Assembly (NCBI GenBank): GCA_021399395.1
Contig: JAAFKJ010000089.1
Location: 1-20,760 of the forward strand
Length of the DNA: 20,760 bases
Source of the DNA: Candidatus Heimdallarchaeota archaeon
GTDB taxonomy: Archaea > Asgardarchaeota > Heimdallarchaeia > Heimdallarchaeales > Heimdallarchaeaceae
Direction of reading: 5' to 3'
Positions 8,982 to 16,490 of this stretch are shown piece by piece. The notes beneath the pieces were generated by a model. That model saw only the letters and a program-made list of their open reading frames with translations. It did no database searches and was not told the origin of the DNA. Position 1 is the first letter of the stretch. Each line of letters opens with the position of its first letter. Made by a program: the position numbers and the translations under genes.

Positions 8982-9425
8982 TTAAGACCCTATCACATTA
9001 AGAATTTCTTCCATTTCTTGAATTTTTATCAAAATTATATTCTTGGTTCTTCGCTTGTTTGTATCACTAACCATGTCATAGGAATTTTGAGAAAATCTAT
9101 TACCAATAATTATTGCTCCATCACACTTCATATCGGTAATCTGATGTTCTGTACGAATTATAGTGTTTGTCCCAATACTCTTCTTCCAATGATAGGCAAA
9201 AACTGCGAATTTTTGATCTTGACTTTCAACAATGTAAGGTAGAATTCTACTGTTTGTGTCAATAGAATCTTCTCTGAGTTTCTGAACTTTACCATATCTG
9301 TTTAGAAACTTTCCAACTTGCTCTTGAAATCCCGTTTCTTCCATTTCTCTCATCTGCACATTTTTGTCGGAATATTTGATTGTTGGTAACTCATACGTAT
9401 TACGAAATAAAAGACTATCTGTCAA
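8982..9425 (-). CDS. Mrr_cat/PD-(D/E)XK restriction-endonuclease-fold protein, apparently degenerate
   Basis: Pattern FQEQVGKFL..YG...WKKSIG...GAIIIGNRFS...IILI..EM follows the Mrr_cat secondary-structure order, but no catalytic D or QxK is visible. Confidence 0.6.
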   Translation of the reverse strand: MTDSLLFRNTYELPTIKYSDKNVQMREMEETGFQEQVGKFLNRYGKVQKLREDSIDTNSRILPYIVESQDQKFAVFAYHWKKSIGTNTIIRTEHQITDMKCDGAIIIGNRFSQNSYDMVSDTNKRRTKNIILIKIQEMEEILNVIGS

Positions 9426-9437
9426 AAAGGCTAAATT

Positions 9438-9743
9438 TTATCTTCGGGCTCTCATTTGAAGAGTATCTTCTTCTTTTTCTTCTTCTTCAGGTGGAGCAGA
9501 ATGTTTTCGAGATGATTTCATTGTTAGCAAAATGATACCAACTCCTAAAATTCCCAAAGCGCTGAATAGTACATATGGATTTCCATCCCAAATTGAATAA
9601 GAAAGGATCAAAAGAATAATACCTGCGCCGAAAATAGTATAAACTGCAATGGAGTAAAACAATCTAAACCTGGGTCTTTCCATTAAAGGAAGCTGAACTT
9701 CTTCAGGTATTTCAGGTTCTTTCTTCTTCTTCTTTGAGCTCAT
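9438..9743 (-). CDS. Small two-TM membrane protein
   Basis: Two hydrophobic helices (FYSIAVYTIFGAGIILLILSY; YVLFSALGILGVGIILLTM) with charged termini. Lies in a tight same-strand run. Confidence 0.8.
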   Translation of the reverse strand: MSSKKKKKEPEIPEEVQLPLMERPRFRLFYSIAVYTIFGAGIILLILSYSIWDGNPYVLFSALGILGVGIILLTMKSSRKHSAPPEEEEKEEDTLQMRARR

Positions 9744-9768
9744 ATGCTACTTCACTTTTCTAATCAAT

Positions 9769-10221
9769 TTAGCTAATGGGGTATATGAAAAATGATTCAG
9801 GAACATATAAGATATTCCAAATTAATGTCCATATTGCCACTGCTGATATGAAATATTGAAAAACTGCAGAAGTAAAATATTGACGAGTTTTGATTCCAGT
9901 CTCGATTTTTCTAAATGTAAAGAACCATGCTAGAGATATCCCAATGTAGATTATTAATAAGATCACACCTGGTAACCAGTTTGTGAAATTGGCAAGTCCA
10001 AAGATTAGTCCCACAAAAAATCCAACTAGAAGTTTAGACCAATAAACTTGGTTCATTCTAGGCATTTCGAGGATATTTGCCTTGATGTTCTTAGGTTTCA
10101 AACCTTCTTTTGTGTTTTTGTACATTCTAACAAATGACTTCTTGATCCCATTTATCATTCGTTTGAATAGATTTTTAATCCAAATGAATATTTTTTTTAT
10201 GTCGAAACCCAAATTGATCAC
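9769..10221 (-). CDS. EMC6/C20orf24 (Rab5ip family)-like three-TM membrane protein
   Basis: VYWSKLLVGFFVGLIFGL...second TM...YFTSAVFQYFISAVAIWTLIWNILY resembles the EMC6/C20orf24 pattern (YWxRxxxxxxxGxxxG ... WxxxY near the C-terminus). The start codon is uncertain. Confidence 0.7.
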   Translation of the reverse strand: MINLGFDIKKIFIWIKNLFKRMINGIKKSFVRMYKNTKEGLKPKNIKANILEMPRMNQVYWSKLLVGFFVGLIFGLANFTNWLPGVILLIIYIGISLAWFFTFRKIETGIKTRQYFTSAVFQYFISAVAIWTLIWNILYVPESFFIYPIS

Positions 10222-10231
10222 CGTGATTTAA

Positions 10232-12244
10232 ATGAAGACCTATCTTTCAAGCATTGATATCGCCGCTTTGGTGGCGGAAATACGCCCTAAGATTATTGAT
10301 AGTTGGACTAACAATATATATTCAATCGGGAAAAATTTGGTTATATTAAGGTTTCGTAAATCGACTGAAAGTCCCTTTGAACTTGTTATAGATTTAGGAA
10401 AAAGGTTCCATACAACCCAGTTCTTCAGAAAGAAACCAATATCTCCGAACAACAAAGTTCTTTCAATGAGAAAACATATTCGAGACCTACCAATAAAAGA
10501 TTTTTATCAGATAGGATTAGATAGGGTAGTGGTCTTTGAGATAGCATACAAAGATAGTTTCTATAAATTAATAATTGAATTATTTGGGGAAGGAAACATA
10601 GTCCTAGTTGGACCAAATAACAAAATAATTCTTGCATATAATTATAGAAGAATGAAAGATAGAGATGTCCATCCTGGAAGAGATTATCAATATCCACCTT
10701 CTTCAGATAAAAACATTTTAAATCTGGATGAATCAGATGCCCTCAATGCGATTTCAAACTATGAGGGAAAAATCACTAATTTGTTGAATGAACTGATGGG
10801 ACTTGGACCCGTTTATTCCAAAGATATCTTGGCAAAGTCTGGGGTAGATAAGAAATTAGTTGAAGATATGGAAGAGGGGGAAAAACAGATGCTTATTACT
10901 GAAGTTAAGAAGCTTCAGGATATAGTTATTAACAAGAAGTTTGATTACACCAAATATCTAGATGAAGGGGAAGTAGTAGATATAACTCCAATCCCCTTAT
11001 CTCGATACGAAGACTTAGAACAAGAAAAGTTATCTTCCTTTGATTTAGCCCTAGATGATTTCTTTTCCTATTCAGAAGAAGAACCTGAGTATACTGAAGA
11101 TAAAACGGAAGTCTCAGGTAAAATGAGCAAAACTCAGAAGATTTTGGCTAGTCAAGAGAAGCATCTAGAAGTTTTGAAAGATCAGGAAAGACTGGAAAAG
11201 CAAAAAGGTGATTTGCTCTATGCTAATTTTGCGGTTGTAGATGAATTACTTTCTACTGTTTTAAAGGCTAGACGAGAAGATGTACCCTGGGAAGATATAG
11301 AGGCAAAGCTAGCAATTGCAAAGGAAAAAAACATACCTTCTGCACAAGTATTGGAGACGATTACACCAAAAACCAAGCAAATCTGGGTAAAGTTATCTGA
11401 TGTAGAAAATACCATGGAAGAAATAGTTGAATTAGATTTTACCAAAACCCTAACTGAGAGTGCTAATTCATTCTATGAAAAAGCGAAAAAAGGTCGGAGA
11501 AAAGTACCTGGAGCTATAGCTGCTATTGAAAGAACAAAGAATCAGCTGAGTGAAATTGAATCTACCAAGGAAACAATTGAGAAAGAAATCGAAAGCAAAC
11601 CAATGTTGATAAAAAGATCCAAGAAATGGTACGAAAAGTTTCATTGGATGTTGTGTGATGGTTTTGTAGTAATTGGAGGCACTGATGCTAAGGTAAATGA
11701 ACGAATTCTCAAAACCTATCTAGACGATAATGATTTATTCTTTCACGCTGATGTGCATGGAGCACCGTATGTTGTAGTAAAAGACGGTCAAAACAATCTG
11801 AGTGAAGAATGCAAAGAAAACATTGCTGTATTTGCATTGAGTTATTCAAGCCTTTGGAAAGATCGCAAGTTGGTGGGTGATGTTTATTATGTTTTACCAG
11901 ATCAAGTTAGTTTAACAGCACCTTCTGGACAATTTCTAGCAAAAGGAAGTGTGATGATATATGGCGAAAAAAACTATTTTAAGAATGTAGAAATAGACCA
12001 CTCAATAGGCTTCATCATTTATGATGACTACATACAGATAATAGGTGGACCAACAAATGTTGTAGATTCACGTACTGAATTCTATATTTCAATTAAACCT
12101 GGTGATTTACAGAAAGGAAAAGCAGCTAACGAAATAAAGGGCAAACTCTTAAAACTCTGTCCAGAGGAAGAAAAATCTAAATTTGACCCTATTACAATTA
12201 ATGAGATTCTACCTTTCATCCCTGGTGATAGTGAAATAACATAA
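10232..12244 (+). CDS. rqcH: Ribosome rescue factor RqcH/Rqc2/NEMF (NFACT family)
   Basis: MKTYLSSIDI N-terminus, GLDRVV and IELFGEGNIVL NFACT-N motifs, coiled-coil middle with GDLLYANF, NFACT-R KWYEKFHW..GGTDAKVNE..FFHADVHGAP, and QVSLTAPSGQFLAKGSVMIYGEKNY. Confidence 0.95.
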   Translation: MKTYLSSIDIAALVAEIRPKIIDSWTNNIYSIGKNLVILRFRKSTESPFELVIDLGKRFHTTQFFRKKPISPNNKVLSMRKHIRDLPIKDFYQIGLDRVVVFEIAYKDSFYKLIIELFGEGNIVLVGPNNKIILAYNYRRMKDRDVHPGRDYQYPPSSDKNILNLDESDALNAISNYEGKITNLLNELMGLGPVYSKDILAKSGVDKKLVEDMEEGEKQMLITEVKKLQDIVINKKFDYTKYLDEGEVVDITPIPLSRYEDLEQEKLSSFDLALDDFFSYSEEEPEYTEDKTEVSGKMSKTQKILASQEKHLEVLKDQERLEKQKGDLLYANFAVVDELLSTVLKARREDVPWEDIEAKLAIAKEKNIPSAQVLETITPKTKQIWVKLSDVENTMEEIVELDFTKTLTESANSFYEKAKKGRRKVPGAIAAIERTKNQLSEIESTKETIEKEIESKPMLIKRSKKWYEKFHWMLCDGFVVIGGTDAKVNERILKTYLDDNDLFFHADVHGAPYVVVKDGQNNLSEECKENIAVFALSYSSLWKDRKLVGDVYYVLPDQVSLTAPSGQFLAKGSVMIYGEKNYFKNVEIDHSIGFIIYDDYIQIIGGPTNVVDSRTEFYISIKPGDLQKGKAANEIKGKLLKLCPEEEKSKFDPITINEILPFIPGDSEIT

Positions 12245-12285
12245 GTGCATAATCTTTCCTTGAAGCTGACAAATAGTGTAAAACC

Positions 12286-12293
12286 TTTAAAAG
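12286..12293 (+). promoter_or_regulatory. Putative archaeal TATA box for the CBS/Mut7-C/AMMECR1 operon
   Basis: TTTAAAAG preceded by purine-rich GTAAAAC (BRE-like) in the rqcH-CBS intergenic region. Confidence 0.4.
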
Positions 12294-12372
12294 TAACTTC
12301 ATCTATCTGTCTACATAAGAATAATGGAAGGTTTGCAAATTGAAATCGATTTTTGATGAGAAAAAATTCGAG

Positions 12373-12933
12373 ATGGCTGTAAAAGAAATCATGACAAAGA
12401 ATGTATTTACAGTTCTACCAAATACTTCAGCAGAGATATGTGCTAAACTTATGATTGAAAACAGAATTGGTTCAGTTGTTGTTGTTAATTCTGATGGAAA
12501 ATCAATAGGAATTATTACAAAAGAGAATCTGATAAAGCATGTTCTTGCAGAAAACAAAAAAGCAGACGAAGTAACAGCTGAAGAAGCAATGTCTTCTCCC
12601 CTAATAACAGCTTCTCCTTCCTTAACAATTGTCCAAGCCATGCAAACTATGTTTAAAGACAATATTAGACATCTTATTATTGTGGGAAAGGGAGGTAATC
12701 TACTAGGGATGTGCTCAGATACAGATGTTTTCAAGGTAGTACCTCAGCTCATTTTACTAGAGCAAGAATATCTTAAAGTCATGAAAACAGATATACCAGA
12801 TCCTAAAGATAAAGAAGACATAGCAGGATACTGTGATGATTGTAGAGAATATTCTGAAAGTTTGTTAATTAGTAAAGGGCAATATTTGTGCAAGCGTTGC
12901 GCTCCCGAAGAGTTGATTGAAAGTCATGCTTAA
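12373..12933 (+). CDS. Tandem CBS-domain protein with C-terminal zinc ribbon
   Basis: VKEIMTKNV..MIENRIGSVVV..IGIIT and AMSSPLIT..IRHLII CBS pair, C-terminal GYCDDC-x13-CKRC. ATG 12373 preferred over TTG 12340. Confidence 0.9.
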   Translation: MAVKEIMTKNVFTVLPNTSAEICAKLMIENRIGSVVVVNSDGKSIGIITKENLIKHVLAENKKADEVTAEEAMSSPLITASPSLTIVQAMQTMFKDNIRHLIIVGKGGNLLGMCSDTDVFKVVPQLILLEQEYLKVMKTDIPDPKDKEDIAGYCDDCREYSESLLISKGQYLCKRCAPEELIESHA

Positions 12934-13387
12934 GTTTTATACAGACTCAATGTTTGGTAAATTAACTCGCTTTTTACGTTTTTTAGGATTCGACACACTC
13001 TATCGAAGAAATGAGAGCGTAGAAGAGATGTTAGAAGAATCTAAGCAGAACGAAAGAATAGTTTTATCCAGTTCTCAATCAGTAAGTTCTTCATGCAAAA
13101 AACAACAAATACAATCAATTCATTTAACCTCAACAGATATATCAGATCAACTGAAGGATATTAAAGCAATACTTGACATCACCATTAATTTTCCACCAGA
13201 TAATCTGAGGTGTAGTGTATGTAATGGATCTTTGGCTTCAAGGAACAAATCTGAAGTTGTGGATAGAATACCCGAGGGAACTGCGAAACACTATGATGAT
13301 TACTGGGAATGTAACTCGTGTTCTAAGATTTTCTGGTTAGGAAGCCATTGGGAAGATATTAAAAAGACAATTGAAGAGATAAGATAA
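12926..13387 (+). CDS. Mut7-C (DUF82, PIN-fold) RNase-domain protein with zinc ribbon
   Basis: FYTDSMFGKLTRFLRFLGFDT, RCSVCNG, WECNSCSKIFWLGSHW. The ATG overlaps the end of the CBS gene. Confidence 0.92.
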   Translation: MLKFYTDSMFGKLTRFLRFLGFDTLYRRNESVEEMLEESKQNERIVLSSSQSVSSSCKKQQIQSIHLTSTDISDQLKDIKAILDITINFPPDNLRCSVCNGSLASRNKSEVVDRIPEGTAKHYDDYWECNSCSKIFWLGSHWEDIKKTIEEIR

Positions 13388-13397
13388 GTGATAATCA

Positions 13398-14021
13398 ATG
13401 GAAATTGAGGATGAGACAGGAATATATTTGGTAAAGCTAGCCCGTTATGCAGCTGAAATTTGGGTTAGAGGTGAAAAATCTCCTCAGCCTATGGATCCAA
13501 TACTAGAACAAGCTAAAACTGTTACCGGTGCATTTGTAACCGTCAAAACCGTAGGGGAGGCCGAACACAATCTTCGTGGCTGTATTGGTTATCCTATTGG
13601 AATTGATTCTCTCTATAAGGAAGTAATAGATTTAGCAAAAGCTTCTACTCTAAATGATCCTCGATTTCCTCCTGTAGAAGAGAAAGAGTTGTCTAATTTA
13701 GTTTTTGAAGTAACAATTATGACTCCTCCTCAAAAAATCGATTATTCATCTCCACAGAACTTGCTTGAACAAATAACTGTCCCAGGAGATGGTTTGATTG
13801 TTAAGCTTGGACGTTTTCAGGGATTACTCTTACCTCAAGTTCCAATTGAACAAGGGTGGAACTCGGAAGAATTCCTTTCCTATACTTGCAGAAAAGCATA
13901 CCTGCCAACAGATGCATGGAAAAAGGAGAATATTGAAGTTGAGAAATTCCAAGGAATTGTGTTCTCAGAAACAGAACCACACGGGAAAATAATTCGTCAA
14001 GAACTAGATAACAGCTGCTAA
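13398..14021 (+). CDS. AMMECR1-domain protein (TIGR00296 / AmmeMemoRadiSam protein A family)
   Basis: GAFVT, LRGCIG signature, DPRFPPV, GLLLPQV, FLSYTCRKA. Confidence 0.95.
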   Translation: MEIEDETGIYLVKLARYAAEIWVRGEKSPQPMDPILEQAKTVTGAFVTVKTVGEAEHNLRGCIGYPIGIDSLYKEVIDLAKASTLNDPRFPPVEEKELSNLVFEVTIMTPPQKIDYSSPQNLLEQITVPGDGLIVKLGRFQGLLLPQVPIEQGWNSEEFLSYTCRKAYLPTDAWKKENIEVEKFQGIVFSETEPHGKIIRQELDNSC

Positions 14022-14939
14022 AATGTTGGCTATTTCCCCATCATCAATATCAGTAACGAGATGTGGGATAAAAATAGGTAAAGTTACTGGAAAGACCTTC
14101 TCATATTTTTCAAATATCTTCTTTGATACTGTTAATCCCAGGCACTCGGTATTTGAATAAAACTCTAATAAGTCATTGACATCAAAGTCTTCTTCGATAA
14201 AGTTAATTTTCCTTTCTTTCTCTTTTAACTGAGGTTGCAGCTTTAGTATTAGATCTATTGTTTCCTTGTATTTTTCATCTATTTCTGACAATTTTTGTAG
14301 GGAGTAAATTAGAGTCACTGCACCTCTTTTATAGAGTTGAATAATGTTTGAAATATCTTCTTGTTCCCCAGAGACTAATACGAGAACCTTCCCTTGACAA
14401 CCTACTGGTAATCCTCCTAGTCCTCTCTGGGTTTCATCAAAAACATATGCTTTATCATCTCTAACTTCTATATTCAGTAAATAATCAGGATTTGTAAGAT
14501 TAACTCGCAATTCTTTGTCTACGTTATTTTCCAAAATGAATTCTCCTACTTTTGCTCCAAGTTCAACACTTGTATAGGGGTGCTTTCCTGTTCGTTTCGC
14601 TTTAACAGCAAATGTGGATTTCTTGATAAATTTTGAGAAGAATTGTTTTTCTACACATAAATTTATTTCATCAATATTGGAAGAACACTGAAAAACTTCA
14701 CTTGTACTTACAGCACCTGGAACGAGAGAAGCGATTATACTCTCAACTTTCTTATTTACGGTAGATTCTACAAACACTCTGCTATATTCCCTAATAATTT
14801 GAAAATCCTCAATTTTATGCGCTTTCAATAAGAAATCAATATGTGATATCAATCGACTTGTTAGCCATTTACGTGTTTTCGAACTTTTAATAGCTATCTC
14901 TGAGAATCTAACCATTACCATAGACAAAAATTCTGACAT
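14004..14939 (-). CDS. ThiI-like THUMP-domain protein with degenerate PP-loop domain
   Basis: VRFSEIAIKS N-terminus, THUMP TFAVKAKRTGKHPYTS..VNLTNPD..IEVR, linker GLGGLPVG. The PP-loop reads LVSGEQED instead of LSGGxDS. Confidence 0.85.
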   Translation of the reverse strand: MSEFLSMVMVRFSEIAIKSSKTRKWLTSRLISHIDFLLKAHKIEDFQIIREYSRVFVESTVNKKVESIIASLVPGAVSTSEVFQCSSNIDEINLCVEKQFFSKFIKKSTFAVKAKRTGKHPYTSVELGAKVGEFILENNVDKELRVNLTNPDYLLNIEVRDDKAYVFDETQRGLGGLPVGCQGKVLVLVSGEQEDISNIIQLYKRGAVTLIYSLQKLSEIDEKYKETIDLILKLQPQLKEKERKINFIEEDFDVNDLLEFYSNTECLGLTVSKKIFEKYEKVFPVTLPIFIPHLVTDIDDGEIANILAAVI

Positions 14940-14960
14940 GCTTTTTTCTATCCGTCTGGA

Positions 14961-15221
14961 TTATTCAGTTTCAAAGAAGTCTATTCCTTCAATAAATCTC
15001 TCTCTTCTCGCTTCTAATTCTGCTTCGGATAAACCAGTTTCTCCTTCAACAACAATTACTTCGGTTAAATCACTGGCTTTATGTTCAACTTCATCTTGAA
15101 CCTCATATCCGCCGCTTTTATTTAGTTTAAGCTCTATTCCACACTTTGAACAAGTAAGAATTTTTGACTTTCCTTTTTTCTTTGGGATTAACAATTTTCC
15201 ACATTCGGGGCAGAATTCCAT
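14961..15221 (-). CDS. TFS/RpoM-like zinc-ribbon protein lacking the C-terminal catalytic zinc ribbon
   Basis: MEFCPECGKLLIPK..LTCSKCG N-terminal ribbon followed by an acidic helical tail. Start ATG 15221, 86 aa. Confidence 0.85.
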   Translation of the reverse strand: MEFCPECGKLLIPKKKGKSKILTCSKCGIELKLNKSGGYEVQDEVEHKASDLTEVIVVEGETGLSEAELEARRERFIEGIDFFETE

Positions 15222-15344
15222 TTTTAACACTCTGAATACTAATTTTTTGCCTATATGTCCTTCCAATCTTATGAACCTTTCCGTTTGATACAAAATTGCT
15301 CACATTTTTCGGAACGAATTTTCCAACTACAAGTGACAAAACAC

Positions 15345-15352
15345 TTTATATT
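15345..15352 (+). promoter_or_regulatory. Putative TATA box for a leaderless fni transcript
   Basis: TTTATATT with upstream A-rich BRE-like CAAAA, ending 21 bp before ATG 15374. No RBS visible. Confidence 0.5.
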
Positions 15353-15373
15353 TCTGACAGCATATTTACACTC

Positions 15374-16423
15374 ATGAAAGAGACAGATTCATCAGTAACC
15401 TCTTTTAGAAAAGATGAGCATATCCTTCTCTGTTTAGAAAATGATGTTCAATACAGCGGAATAACAAATGGTTTTGATGATATAGAAATTGAGCCTTCTT
15501 TACTAACACAATTTTCCTTAGAAGAAATCGATTTAGCAACTACATTCTTATCTAAGGAAGTAAAATATCCCATCATAGTTTCAGGTATGACTGGAGGAAG
15601 TAAAAATGGAAGGGTTTTCAATGAATCTGTTGCACGAATTTGTAGTGAATTCAAAATAGGTATGGGGGTTGGCTCTCAAAGGGCTGCTCTCGAAGACCCC
15701 AAGCTTGTTAATACTTACGAGGTTAGACACATAGCCCCCAATATACCACTCATAGCAAATCTAGGAATAGCACAATTTATTCAGGGGTATAATCATGTAC
15801 AAGCACAAAAAGCTATAACTATGATCGGAGCTGATGCATTAGCTATCCACATCAATCCTCTTCAAGAATTTGTTCAAGGGGAAGGCGACAAAGATCAAAC
15901 AAAAGCTCTGGAGAAAATTGTTGCTCTTAAACAAGAATTTGAGTATCCTATTATCATTAAAGGCGTAGGTACAGGTTTAACAAAAGTTGATGCAAAATCC
16001 TTGTCTCAACTAGAAGTTTATGCGTTAGATGTTGCAGGAGCTGGTGGTACCAATTGGTCCCGAATAGAGTTTTATCGTAATGAAGATGTTAAATATCTCT
16101 CAGATAAGTTTCTTAATTGGGGAATATCTACAAAAAACAGTTTGATGAATGTAGTTGATTTTTCAGAGGGTAAAGAAACAAAAATCATTGCCTCTGGAGG
16201 AGTGTGGAGTGGTTTTGATGCAGTAAAAGCTTTACTTCTAGGAGCAGATTATGTTGCTTTAGCTCTACCCATTCTGAGATCTATTGGAAAGGGAGGCATA
16301 GATGAATGTAGAAAATTCCTTTCCACATACATTCTTGAGATGAAAGCTGTTATGGCAATGCTTAACGTAAAGAACTTAGAGGAATTAAAAAAAGAAAGGC
16401 ATAAAATTCTAGACAATATTTAG
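15374..16423 (+). CDS. fni: Type 2 isopentenyl-diphosphate delta-isomerase (FMN-dependent)
   Basis: RKDEHI, GMTGGS, GMGVGSQRAA, IHINPLQEFVQGEGD, DVAGAGGTNW, IASGG motifs. Confidence 0.96.
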   Translation: MKETDSSVTSFRKDEHILLCLENDVQYSGITNGFDDIEIEPSLLTQFSLEEIDLATTFLSKEVKYPIIVSGMTGGSKNGRVFNESVARICSEFKIGMGVGSQRAALEDPKLVNTYEVRHIAPNIPLIANLGIAQFIQGYNHVQAQKAITMIGADALAIHINPLQEFVQGEGDKDQTKALEKIVALKQEFEYPIIIKGVGTGLTKVDAKSLSQLEVYALDVAGAGGTNWSRIEFYRNEDVKYLSDKFLNWGISTKNSLMNVVDFSEGKETKIIASGGVWSGFDAVKALLLGADYVALALPILRSIGKGGIDECRKFLSTYILEMKAVMAMLNVKNLEELKKERHKILDNI

Positions 16424-16425
16424 TG

Positions 16426-16490
16426 TAATCAGTCTAACTATGATTCGTCATTGAGTAAAGCTCTCGGCAATGCCTTGTTCATCCTTTAGT
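16426..16490 (-). ncRNA. Double-guide box C/D sRNA (predicted 2'-O-methylation guide for LSU rRNA H69/H71)
   Basis: Minus strand reads AGGAUGA (C, 16485-16479), ACAAGGCAUUG (guide), CCGA (D'), GAGCUUUACUC (mini hairpin), A, AUGACGA (C'), AUCAUAGUUAGA (guide), CUGA (D, 16432-16429). Both guides are complementary to conserved adjacent LSU rRNA segments. Confidence 0.85.

Noticed and set aside
8982-9425. Restriction-modification or defence island
   Set aside because: Single degenerate nuclease fold with no methyltransferase, integrase or mobility genes nearby, in a housekeeping context.
15222-15373. N-terminal extensions of the TFS-like (to 15293) and fni (from 15296) ORFs
   Set aside because: Family N-termini begin at ATG 15221 and ATG 15374, and the interval holds the divergent promoters.
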